A model generated the notes under the pieces. It did not search any database. It worked only from the letters and a program-made list of their open reading frames with translations, and was not told the DNA's origin. A program made the position numbers and the translations under genes. Positions 36,418 through 47,644 of a stretch of 64,000 nt of DNA are shown here, piece after piece (positions within the stretch are counted from its first letter, which is position 1; every line of letters begins with the position of its first letter). The DNA is from Cenococcum geophilum (taxonomy: Eukaryota). Location of the stretch: the NCBI GenBank assembly GCA_050273025.1, contig CP158635.1, forward strand, positions 28,024,001-28,088,000, given 5' to 3'.

Positions 36418-38190
36418 ATGACTACTTTCGATCAAGTCATCGACGACCTTTATCGGACAGAGGAGCCTGTTTATTGCATTTTCTCCTATCTAGGTACAAA
36501 CCGTTGCCTCGTGGAAATCTCACGAGAGCAGCTTGAAAGTACTCCACCCCTCCTAAGTCTCGTAACGGAGAGCGACTACGATATTCAGAGGCTGGATGGC
36601 CAGTTTTTCAGCCGTCTCCTCTGTGCGGAGCATCAAAACATGGACATTATCCAGGGAATCATTCAGAATTGGTTGTGGGACCAAGATGCCATGCGTCTTA
36701 GCATGCCCGGAAACGAAACGCCGATGGATAGCAGTAGCTTGAATAACCCAGTATCAGTCGAGGTATCCGCTCCATCCACTCCGAGATCACCATTGGGAAG
36801 CGAGGCTTTAAATCATATTACGTTGTCAACCCCAGGTTCCCGAATATCTCCCTCAGCGACAAACAACATTCATGACGATGTTTCTGCGCACCACACAGTT
36901 GGTGGAAGACAAAGCGCTAGCAGAGCCTCATCAAGCTCGCAGTCAAGAAGACGTACCCGAGAGAGTCAATGGCCTGATGCCTCTTCGCTTCAAGAAAGTC
37001 CTACCGCTGCCAGAATTAGACGCCGAAACGTGAGGAATGAGACCCAAAGAACTGCTAGTGCACCTGAAATACCGACAAGCCAATCTGGCATCGCAGAAAG
37101 GCCGCAGGCGCCATCTAGAATCGCATTATCTGATCAAGTTCTGCCTTCTTCTAGCACCAACTTGAATAGACAAACACCTAGAACCCCCCTAGTACAGAGC
37201 TTAAGCATAGACTCGATACCTGAGCCGATGCCTGGATCATTCGGTCCAGAAAATACCGGCAATGAAGAAGGCACACCGTCTGTACAAGCAAACGTAGAGT
37301 CTGATGATGATGCCGATGATGCTGAAGCAATGTCTATCGGCTCGATTGGAGAGATCACACCGCCGGCCAGCAATATTGAGACACCATCCAGTGCCAACCA
37401 TCGGTCCATTTATACTACATCAAAAATTCAAGACGCACATTCGATCGATGGCGCGTTGAGGATGAAGATCAAAGAAGATTTACCGAAGAAAGACAAGCAA
37501 AGAGGATACGTGTACATCTTCCGAGATCCTGCTCGTCCTAATCTACTGAAGATCGGCAAGACAGACTTGGAAGTGTCAAGGCGTCGGGAAAACATCGAAA
37601 GGAGGTGCCGTATCACGTTGGAGACTGTGTATCAAGAAGGCGAGGGAATGGACCTGTTGCCGCTTCGCAACTGCCAGCGCGCAGAGAAGCTGGTGCATAA
37701 GGAGCTTGCCAACTACAACCGCCGTCATCTTTGTCCGACTTGTAAAGAACGGCATAAAGAATGGTTTGCAGTCTCTGAAGACCTTGCAAAGAAAACAGTC
37801 CAACGCTGGGTAACCTTCATCCGAAAGCAGCCATACGATGAGAATGGCGTGCTCCACGATTTCTGGCAAGAGAGGTTATATTGTATGGAAAGGCCGAACT
37901 TGAATGAGAAGCCAGAAGACCATGATATACGACATGAACGGTGGAAGTTCGTCATTACGGCCACATATTTCCATTTCTGGAAGCACTGGGCGTGGAAAAC
38001 TATATTTGCCGCCCCAGAGAGAGACAGGCCGAGAGAAAGCCTCTACTTCAAGCTGGTGAGGTTCCGATGGCAGTTGTTTGCCGAATTATCGTGGGTCGTT
38101 ATAGCCGTGCTCTCATTTCCTAGTGTGATAGCGTCGTCAGTCTTTGTAATTATAACTTGCTTTGTCTTTTTTGACTTCTTGAGGGAATAA
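36418..38190 (+). CDS. T5orf172/MUG113-type GIY-YIG-like domain protein with C-terminal transmembrane segment
   Basis: GYVYIF...LLKIGKT...RAEKLVHKEL...CPTCKERHKEWF motif set; hydrophobic last ~35 aa. Confidence 0.82.
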   Translation: MTTFDQVIDDLYRTEEPVYCIFSYLGTNRCLVEISREQLESTPPLLSLVTESDYDIQRLDGQFFSRLLCAEHQNMDIIQGIIQNWLWDQDAMRLSMPGNETPMDSSSLNNPVSVEVSAPSTPRSPLGSEALNHITLSTPGSRISPSATNNIHDDVSAHHTVGGRQSASRASSSSQSRRRTRESQWPDASSLQESPTAARIRRRNVRNETQRTASAPEIPTSQSGIAERPQAPSRIALSDQVLPSSSTNLNRQTPRTPLVQSLSIDSIPEPMPGSFGPENTGNEEGTPSVQANVESDDDADDAEAMSIGSIGEITPPASNIETPSSANHRSIYTTSKIQDAHSIDGALRMKIKEDLPKKDKQRGYVYIFRDPARPNLLKIGKTDLEVSRRRENIERRCRITLETVYQEGEGMDLLPLRNCQRAEKLVHKELANYNRRHLCPTCKERHKEWFAVSEDLAKKTVQRWVTFIRKQPYDENGVLHDFWQERLYCMERPNLNEKPEDHDIRHERWKFVITATYFHFWKHWAWKTIFAAPERDRPRESLYFKLVRFRWQLFAELSWVVIAVLSFPSVIASSVFVIITCFVFFDFLRE

Positions 38191-38549
38191 AGGATATCCG
38201 CGCACGCCTGCCGTATAATTTTAACGTCAGTCAAAGACCTTGTGGATATTTTCTCTATTCCCTAATACATTGGTGAAGTTCAGTAGTCATCCCTAATTTT
38301 GCCCTCCTTCCATTACTCAGCAGCTTCGCCCTGAAATATTCCGTCAACGTAACATTAACCAAGTTAGGACGAATAATGTCGACCTGAATCGGATTCTGCC
38401 ACCTTGACTCGGTCACCCTCGTGTATATATAGAGGCCCTAGAGCCACCTTCAATAGATAGACTTCTCATTCTTGACCTGCGCACGGATTTCCAATTGGCA
38501 AATAAGGATCTTGAGCCTCAAACCCACAGTGTTTTGCAATGAAGACACT

Positions 38550-38822
38550 ATCCGCCCGTGCACGAACACCAGAACCAGAACGCGTATATCTAGGCGTAAG
38601 CGTCCTGCAAAGACTTATTTTGGCTGCAGTATCTGCAAAATACCGTTCTGCAGGAAGGACGACTGCTGGAGACCTTATATCGAACGACTCAACTCCAAAG
38701 AATAAGCCTATATATTAATTTGCTATGAAATTAAAAGCTTTGTATTCCTGAGCATAGGCATTGAATTCTATTGGTCTGATTGGTAGGCTCTTATTGATAA
38801 CACGGGTGCCCAAACGTTAAGG
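38550..38822 (+). mobile_element. piggyBac-like transposon 3' remnant
   Basis: KRPAKTYFGCSICKIPFCRKDDCW C-terminal Cys-rich motif, stop at 38705, AT-rich tail, candidate terminus ...GGGTGCCCAAACGTTAAGG; no matching left end found. Confidence 0.55.
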
Positions 38823-39238
38823 TATAGTAGTCCGTGCAACACGACTCCATTCTCGCAAACCGTTTTACATAAGTAGGGCAGCCCTTTCTAACCCCGAGTT
38901 TGAGTTCTGAAGGGTGTTAGTTTGGACAAAAACTCAGGTCTTGTAGAATAAATTTACATTTGGATGCCCTAAGTATTAATTTCCGTAGCACGACACAACG
39001 AAGCTTACATCCTGCATACGAGCATACTTACCGAGGCGCTACTAATTAAACTCTTCACCTCCCCGCAAGCACCCCTCCGACCCTCAATCTCCCGCCACAC
39101 CACCAGCAAATCAAAGCCAATTGCTGTACCGCGGAGAGAACTCGTTGCGTAGGGGCTAATCTGCCGCGCTTTAAGCTCCCGCTGCCAAAGTTGCGTATGT
39201 TTTCGGAAGTGCGGAGTATATGATTGTCATCGCCCAGC

Positions 39239-41105
39239 ATGAAGTCCCTCTGTGCAAGTGCAAGATCAATTGCCTCGAAACCCATATACCGATCACAGTT
39301 TCGGCCTTTAGCTTTACCGACATTGGTTAAGAGACCTTACGCAATGAGTCACAGTGTGCCACCTGTATGTATACCTGCTTTGGACTGGAAATATTGTGAC
39401 GAGGAGCCAAAAAGGGAGCAGGAGAAGAGCTACATTTAGGTGGAATGGATCGGTGGCTAACATGGCAACTGTGTGCAGCTCAACGACAAGTCCCTCCTTA
39501 AGTCACAGGCTTATGTGAACGGAGAATGGATTGACTCCAAATCAGGCAAGACCTTTGAGGTCAAGGGTACGTGCAAGCTAACACGCCTCCCGTCCACAGC
39601 TTCATCATCTCATATTTCGCGATGCAGACCCATCTACAGGCAAAGTCATCATGACAATGCCTGAAATGGATAAATCCGACACTGAAGCTGCTATTTCCGC
39701 CGCCGCCGCCGCCCTCCCCTCCTTTCGCAAAACAACAGGCCGCGAACGATCACACATGCTGCGTAAATGGTTTCAGCTGATGATGGACAATGCGGATGAC
39801 CTGGCAAAACTTATTACTTGGGAGAATGGCAAGCCACTTGCAGATGCGAAGGGAGAGGTAATTTACGCTGCGAACTTCTTTGAATGGTTTGCGGAAGAGG
39901 CACCTAGAGTGTATGGGGATACAATTCCAGCAAGTATAGCAGGAAATAGAGTATTCACGATAAAGGAGCCTGTAGGAGTTTGTGGGTTGATTACACCGTA
40001 AGTAAATTTTCTCCACTCGTCTTTTAATGCCTTCTGCGAGCTTGAGTTTGAGATTGAAGGCTTTATAGCTAATAAACGACACAGATGGAACTTCCCTGCA
40101 GCAATGATAACCCGCAAAATCGGCCCAGCTCTCGCAGCTGGCTGCACAGTTGTCACCAAATCTCCTGGAGAGACTCCGCTAACAGCTGCCGCCCTTGCTG
40201 AGCTCGCCCACCGCGCTGGCATCCCCAAAGGTGTTGTCAATTTTGTGACCGCTCTCTCTAACACTGCCGAAGTTGGCTCCACTCTAACTTCGTCGTCCAC
40301 TGTCCGCAAAGTTTCCTTCACAGGTTCAACAGGTGTCGGTAAACTTTTGATGTCTCAATCTGCCAATACACTCAAGAAACTCTCCTTCGAGCTTGGCGGC
40401 AACTCACCCTTCATCGTCTTTGAAGACGCGGATCTCGATGCTGCAGTCGCCGGGGCTATTGCATCGAAGTTCCGTTCCAGCGGCCAAACCTGCGTATGCG
40501 CTAACCGCTTATACATACAGGCGGGGATCTACGACGCCTTCGCTTCCAAATTCACCGAGAAAGTAAAAGGTTTCAAAGTCGGCGGCGGGTACAACAAAGG
40601 CGTAACGCATGGCCCTCTAATCCACGGCCGCGCCATTAGCAAAGTCGAATCCCACGTCCAGGATGCCGTGAGTCAGGGCGGTAAAGTGCTCATCGGCGGG
40701 CAAAAGATGCCTGATCTCGGCTCGAACTTTTTTCAGCCAACCGTCATCCGCGACATGACGCCAAAAATGAAGCTATCATCTGAAGAGACATTCGGGCCTG
40801 TGGCGGGCCTCTTCAAATTCGAAACTGAGGTCGAGGTTGTGGAGTTGGCGAACCGCGCTGAGGTCGGACTCGCGGGGTACTTCTTCAGCAGAGATATCCA
40901 GAGGTGCTACAGAGTTGCCGAGGCGCTTGAAGTTGGTATGGTCGGAGTGAATACTGGTCTGATTTCAGATCCGGCGGCGCCGTTTGGAGGCGTTAAGGAA
41001 TCGGGCTTCGGGAGAGAGGGGAGCAAATACGGCATTGGTGAGTATATGATCACTAAGATGGTCACGTTGGGTGGGATGGGACAGCCCCTACAAGGATCTT
41101 CATAG
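39239..41105 (+). CDS. UGA2: Succinate-semialdehyde dehydrogenase (NAD(P)+), 4 exons
   Basis: ITP|WNFPAAMITRK, SFTGST, FELGGN, RSSGQTCVC, EETFGP, PFGGVKESGFGREGSKYG; Arg/Ser-rich presequence before a second Met. Confidence 0.94.
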
Positions 41106-41490
41106 GGAGAGAAATATCACGACATTGAAAAGTAAATATACTAGCTAAGCCCAAAATATGATATTATAATATACACATTCATTCAAGCCTTAATAAGGGG
41201 TCCTTCAATGCTTATAGAAGTGGTTTATGCCTTAACTTCGCCAAATAGGGCTGAGAGATACCTGTGCATGAAATTTTATCCTCGATTACTTCTCTCATTT
41301 GAAATCCCCCTATTACTGTATTAAAACCCACCAAGTTTACCTTTAAAATAAACCACAACTTTGAGCAGTCACCCCTTCTCAACGAAATTGACCTACACTC
41401 CCACGACAGCTCTCATCTGAAAAATACTGTCAAATTAATCCGCAGAACTAGCTCTATAATTAATCAACTTTTGGGCCTTATATATGCACC

Positions 41491-41538
41491 CGTTGCGGCG
41501 TCCGTTGCGATGTTCGTTGCGACGTCCGTCGCGACGTT
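41491..41538. repeat. Short 12-bp-period tandem repeat (CGTTGCGAYGTY x4)
   Basis: CGTTGCGGCGTC CGTTGCGATGTT CGTTGCGACGTC CGTCGCGACGTT. Confidence 0.7.
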
Positions 41539-41957
41539 ATCCCTTAACCTGTCAGCGCGCATCTGTTATCGATAAAGATTCGCTATTATTATTGATTGGG
41601 TATTTTGTATTTACTCACGGAACAGCCTCAGACGTGATTCCGGTGGTGCAGCACGAATGTGGTTAGTCAGCTTGCGGACCGATTGAAAATCCGCACCAAC
41701 GGAATCACGTCTGAGCTTGCTGAGGTAAGTCTGAGCTCTCCTGTCATTCGATGATAAAAAGTCGGAAAAAGAAATTACCGTGCATGGAGCTCCAATGTCC
41801 CACCCCGCCGACCCCACCATTTAGGTAGCAACTTTACTGCCTAGAACACCGTCTCTAACTCAACACAACAATTCTTTCTTATACCAAGCCTACAATCCCA
41901 TAGCTTTTTTCGTCCTACCAAAATCCCTCTCCCATTGCTCTCAAATTCCTCAAGACA

Positions 41958-42878
41958 ATGGTATGTCCCGCCAACCCTGCTGCCTCGTGTGTCTCAAGGC
42001 TGCAGCTTAACCTGATGCTGATACGAGACTGGTGCTGACGACGAAAATTTTGTGACTGCAGACAGAAGCATTGACCAACGAGCAAATCAGCGAGTACAGG
42101 CAGGCTTTTGCCGCTTTTGTATGTCTACCACCCACTACTCTGGCCGGCGCGAATAATAACGACGATCCCCCCAGGACAAAGACGGCAATGGTGAGTCTCA
42201 CCACCTCAGCTACGCCCCCCTCCGCCCCTCCGACTGCCCCTCCTTCTTGCCCACCCTCCAGTGCCTGGAGGGGTAGAGGGGAGATAGAGACCAGGCAGGG
42301 GGTTGTTGTCGTGCCAGCATGTTTGCTAGCTGGACTGCGCTGACCCGGGTTCGATATTGCAGGCGAGATCACGAGCGAGGAGTTAGGCGAGATGATGCGC
42401 TCGCTGGGCCTCGAGCCGTCGGAGACAGAGCTGCAGGACATCATCAATGAGGTCGACCTTGACAACACCGGGTCGATCGACTTCGACGGTATGTGTTACC
42501 CTAACACCACCGCTGCCTCCCTGTCCCCGGTGTACTTGGGGTTTGATCATATGCGCTAATGCCTGCTGCGGGAGTAGAGTTTGTAACGATGATGGCGAAG
42601 CGCGTGCCGAAGGTCGATGCGGAGACGGAGCTCCGGCAGGCGTTCAAGGTGTTCGATCGTGATGGTAGCGGGTCCATCGATACTGAGGAGCTGCGGCATG
42701 TGATGAAGAGTCTTGGGGAGAATCTGACAGACGAGCAGATTGATGAGATGATCCGTGAGGCGGATAAGGATGGCGATGGGACGGTCGATTGTAAGTGGTC
42801 CTTTACTTCTTGGTGTCTTAGGATTAGGCTAATTTGAGGATAGATAATGAGTTTGTGCAGCTCTTAGGAGGTGATTGA
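41958..42878 (+). CDS. Divergent calmodulin-like four-EF-hand protein (6 exons)
   Basis: Spliced product [32 protein letters not shown]...[12 protein letters not shown]...[12 protein letters not shown]...[23 protein letters not shown]-only first exon and 16-nt micro-exon. Confidence 0.9.
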
Positions 42879-43902
42879 GGGGGGGGGTGAGAAGGGAGAA
42901 GAGGGGGAGAATGGGGGGGAGGTATGATTTTATTAGTTCTTGGGTGTAATACCATCCATATTTTTGATTCCCAAATGGTTATAATCTTTACTATATTCAT
43001 CTATTTTTAGCTAGAAAAGCCTAAGTGTCTATATTCCGATCGAAGGTCGGAGCATAATGAGATATAGAAAGTGCTCGTGAGAAAGGTAGTGGGTAATGGT
43101 TGAATAGCGAATTTATATTTACATCTCACACCCCTTCTAGCATTCTGGCTGCTAACTTCAATGACGAGAACTCCTTTCGGTTATTATCCTAGAATTTGCT
43201 CTTTTAATCTACCATTGCATTTTACTATGCTATGGGACTATAGATGCTCAACTAAAAAGAAACAGCCACGGCCCATCTTAATAGTTTAAGAAGACATTGA
43301 TGCTACAAAGCTCCTAGATATAAAAGATTACTATTCTTCTCAGAGATAAAACTGCGCTCGAAATTATGGTACTAACAAGTAATAAAACCAGACGACTCTT
43401 TTGCAGTGCCGCTTCTTCGCCAACCACTTGATCGTTATGCTGCACTGACGACTCGGAGAGAATAAGCGCCTAGATCCGCCCAGTTTCGGGCCATGCTGCG
43501 CTCCATGGCCCAGGTTTAGACCCAGGATTTGGTTAAACTTGCCATTTTAGGTCTTTCAGCCACAGGAACAGGCTTTTCCCCGATCCCCCCGAATCAGGTT
43601 CAGCGCTTGCCTCAATAGGTTATAATACCACGTGCGTTGGACTTGTTTTGCATTTGCATTGCAAAATCCTGCCGATAGCCTTACTACCACAGTCATGGCT
43701 CTCAATGCAAGGGATAGTAAATTACGACTCGGCAGAGGCAGGAATTAAAGACCTTAATGCCTAAGCGAAGTTTTAAGGCCTTGCGATAATTATAAAGCGA
43801 TCTAAAAAGGACAAATAGACTCTGGCGACTATACGCAAGCTGTCACGGTTACTACAGTGATGTGCACGACCAGCTTCTGTTGGAAAACAAGCCCGCAACG
43901 AT

Positions 43903-44012
43903 ATCACGTGATGAGACTTGTGGGAGAAAGCTCTTGGCAGGAATCTGACCAATCAGACAACTTCGACCGGCGGTCGAAGTTCCTTGGAATCTCTTCAACC
44001 ACCTATATAGAA
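43903..44012 (+). promoter_or_regulatory. Promoter-like cluster: CACGTG, CCAAT box, 23-bp palindrome, TATA-like element
   Basis: ATCACGTGAT (43903), TCTGACCAATCAGA, AACTTCGACCG-G-CGGTCGAAGTT (43959-43981), CTATATAGAAA (~44003). Confidence 0.45.
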
Positions 44013-44089
44013 AATAAGCAATACACAGAGTTTTAGCTCCATAACCTCAATTCAACAGCTTCACCCTCCTTTGGCGAGCGCTGCGGGAT

Positions 44090-44497
44090 TTCAAATTCGC
44101 TACGCGCATCCAATCCCGCTTGATTGCCACCAACTGTACATAGTAATTGTAGCGAAGCCGTTATGCTTGGCTGCAAGAACTTTGCTTCTGGAGGCCTTCC
44201 TCCGCAGTGCCATGAACTTTGTCAAATGTCGTAAGGTTTCCACCCGTACGATATTGCCAAATTTCATCGACCTCTTTGCAGAGACAGCATTGTACTCGCG
44301 TTTTGGTGGCTACGACGGAGGCGTAGTTAAGGGGGAGAAGAGGAAGCGTACGTCTTTATTTTGGTTCTCCTGGCCAACCAAAGCGAACCTCCAGGGCAAC
44401 CAAGGCGATTCTCCGGGCAACCAAAAAGGTCCTTGCGCGTAGCCACAGCCGTTCGCTACAATTACAAGCGAGGCTGGATGCGCGTACCGAATTTGAA
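44090..44497. mobile_element. MITE-like fold-back element (~410 bp)
   Basis: TTCAAATTCGCTACGCGCATCCAATCCCGCTTG...TAATTGTAGCGAA (44090-44156) is inverted at 44452-44497; internal ~21-bp tandem repeats; TSD not resolved. Confidence 0.6.
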
Positions 44498-45555
44498 GCA
44501 CTTTCGCAAACCATAGTAAACCAGGCGATTCTAGACTGTCACTTCGCGTGTTGGTGTTCCCACATTACTCACTGTGGTAATTTATTGGACGGGTTGTACT
44601 TACTGGCGTATTAAGGCGGTGATGATTGAGCTGTCAACGTCATGAACGTGATTGCATACGGAGAGGCATACCGGGCTAGTATGACGATACCAGATGGATC
44701 CACGATACACCCAGGTTACAATGGGCAGGAAGCAAAAGTAAAACAGCAGGTGAACTGTCAAGGCAGAGGCATACCTTTCTACTATTGAGTATTTTCTAAA
44801 TGCACATCACGGAGGTTGTGGAATAGTCGTGCATGGTAGTGCCGACTTTTCCAGGGACATCGCATAATTTAATTGGATCAGAGGCACACTTCACCAGCAC
44901 TACGAAGCCCTATTAATTTTACGAAAGCTTGAGCCGACACGTAGCCGCAAAAGTAAGCTGCTCGCGATTCGTGGAGTTAGGAGCATTACGGTCCACTCGT
45001 TTGTGTAGGGCGTGGTGTCGGCAGCCATACAAGATTAGGGTAATGCTACTCAATAACAGGCTCTTAACAACAATCAACATCGGACTCGCAAATCTCTCCA
45101 CAATGAAGTAGCATGCCACCATAGACATGCAGACGTTTATCCTTACTAAGAGAACACCCTTCAAAGTTTAGTGGATATGGATGGAATAATAGCACCACTT
45201 AAGGCGACCCAATTCAGAGCCATGTGACGAGTCCGCGAATAGCTCCTTGGTATTTCCTTTCTAGAGGGTCCAGGCAACGAGCAAACCCGCTGCAATGGCA
45301 TCCGCAACCAGCGAAATCCCTAAGGCGTTCTTCGAACACGTTTAGGGGAGGCGTGGCCCCGATGGAGATGCTGTAGCATCATTAGTTTGGCATCAACCTC
45401 CGGTATGCCTCTCATTCATCGACCAAGCATAAGATCTGCGGCTTCATTCACCAAAATGGATTCTTTACTCTATTCAATTTCCCCATTGACTCAAAACGGG
45501 ATCCATGCTCCTATAGGGAGTATTTCCCGGGGCTACGCCTTGCGGGGGGTGGTAG

Positions 45556-46338
45556 AAGGCCTCGAGACCTTCCATCCATCATTCGCTACGCCGCCACGCG
45601 AAGACTCCGAGTCTTCGCGCACCACCAATTTCGCGCAACAGTCAGGAGCATTGTTCAGACAACAACAGCTTTGGCTATCAACTCCCGGAATATGTCAACC
45701 CATTTGAGGTTGAACACCAGTTAAACCCCTTCATCTGGTCGACGTCGCCTCATGTTCCTGACCATGCAACCTCTTCGACAAATGGACTCGGATCTGCAAC
45801 AGTCCAACCTAGCCTCAATACTCATGGCAAGCTCTCTTCTTCACCAACAGAAAGAACTGCAAAATCGTCAAAAAAGCTCGAATCACTTGAATACAGCCAT
45901 GGCTCTCCAACACCGCCCGCAGACCTCCAGCCGGGTGCCAGCCTTTCGCCAAGACCACCAGACATGCAGGATGGGCCGGATTCAGTCTATCACTGTTCCA
46001 CGTGTGATGAGGTGTTTGAAAAGGCATATCTGCGAAAGTAAAAATGGTTTTGATTTTTCTTGTGTCAATGAAAGATGTTAACACAGAATAGTAAACACTT
46101 CAACCGGAAGCATAACCGGCGCTACCGATGCAAGGTCGAAGGCTGTCAACAAGAGCCATTTGGTTTGCAGGCCGACCTCGCAAGACATATAAACAGCCGC
46201 CATCGAGAACCGTCTTCTCCTCTCTCATATCGGTGCCAGTTTGATGATTGCCAGTATGCGCTTAAACCGTTCTCACGGAAGGACCACCTTACGCGGCACC
46301 TTCAAACGAGTCATAATCTAGACTTAGCCGACCCTTGA
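45556..46338 (+). CDS. C2H2 zinc-finger protein (3 fingers; 5' end unresolved)
   Basis: YHCSTCDEVFEKAYLR|NKHFNRKH, YRCKVEGC...LARHINSRH, YRCQFDDC...FSRKDHLTRHLQTSH; intron ~46038-46091; frame open back to a TAG at 45553-45555. Confidence 0.72.
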
Positions 46339-47644
46339 TAGATTTCTGTAAACTTCATTTCGACACGGTTTAATATCGAAGAGCAATAATCCGACAATCT
46401 TACTATGAGTATCATGAAAAGATACACGAAGAGCCGGGTATCACTTTATTGCAGATGCTCTTTTTTGCATCATCAGGACATGCTAAATTATGAAACCTAG
46501 GATTGAAAAGATGTGGCATGCGGGATGGCTTCTAAGAGTGATATCTTCTTTCTTTTTCTTTTTTCCTAATTATATTTTCTCGTCTTTCAGTGCATGTTTT
46601 ACCCCGATTTGAGATTCGACAGGCACCAAAGGGTGATGTTGCTATACCTGCGGTTAAGTGCATAATAGCACGGAATTAAATTGCGTTGGGAGTGCGCCGT
46701 TGCGCGTACGTAACCTCCCGGTTTTACAAATCCACGTTGTCTGCTAGCCCTCCGCCGCCACATTCTTCTTTCCAAGGTTTATGGGGTTCGAGTTCGATTG
46801 CCTTTGTTGTGTTTTAGTCAAACAATGGCTCCATTAACTTTAACGAATTATGAGATATCTCATTGGCTAGACTTTTTTCGTTTTTGTTTTTCATTGCTTG
46901 TGTCCGCTTTTTCGGGTTCATAATTGCCAGATCGTGATTGGAGTATCTTTCTCTCCTCATCAGCTACCGGAGCTATCTGTGGATCCAAGTATTGTTCTCG
47001 GGATTTCTTTGTCTGGTCATGTTGAGAGGCCAAACAGGGTTGGCGAGGATTTGCTTACATTGGTCCCGCGTTCTTCGGGCAATGCTCTTCGTTTTCCTAT
47101 TCACTGTTAGAGCTGCAGCCTATCCACTGGTAGCCCTTGATTCTTGATTGCGTTAGTGACCAAGTACAGCTGAGAATTAGGATGCTTGAATGTAGCGTGT
47201 GAAAAGGCGCGAGGGATGAGGCTTGTGGTGTTTAATTGTTTGTAGAGACATCACGAGGGAGAATGCTGGATTCTATCTATGAAGTCAATAAACTCTGTTA
47301 TGTCTGTCACTCAAAACTTGCAACATGTCTACTTCTATGGCGCTGCCTATTAACACGAATTTTGCTGCACAGACCGTAGCGTATCCCATGCAACGTTGAT
47401 GTCCTACTACGGTGGTCACAGACCAAAACTCCCCTTGGCGGAATCCGACTCGGTTAGTCAGCATCGCCGCTATACTCAGGCGCCAAGCACCCTCGACTCA
47501 CCCGCTGCTCAGGCTGCTCACCCTCTCGCTCAAGTCATGCTCAGGCTGCTCAGTCACGTTGCCGCTCCTCCATCTTATTAACCAGTACTACGTCCTTATT
47601 AATGTAAATTATTAACTCTACATAATAATCTTAAGGGGGCCCAC

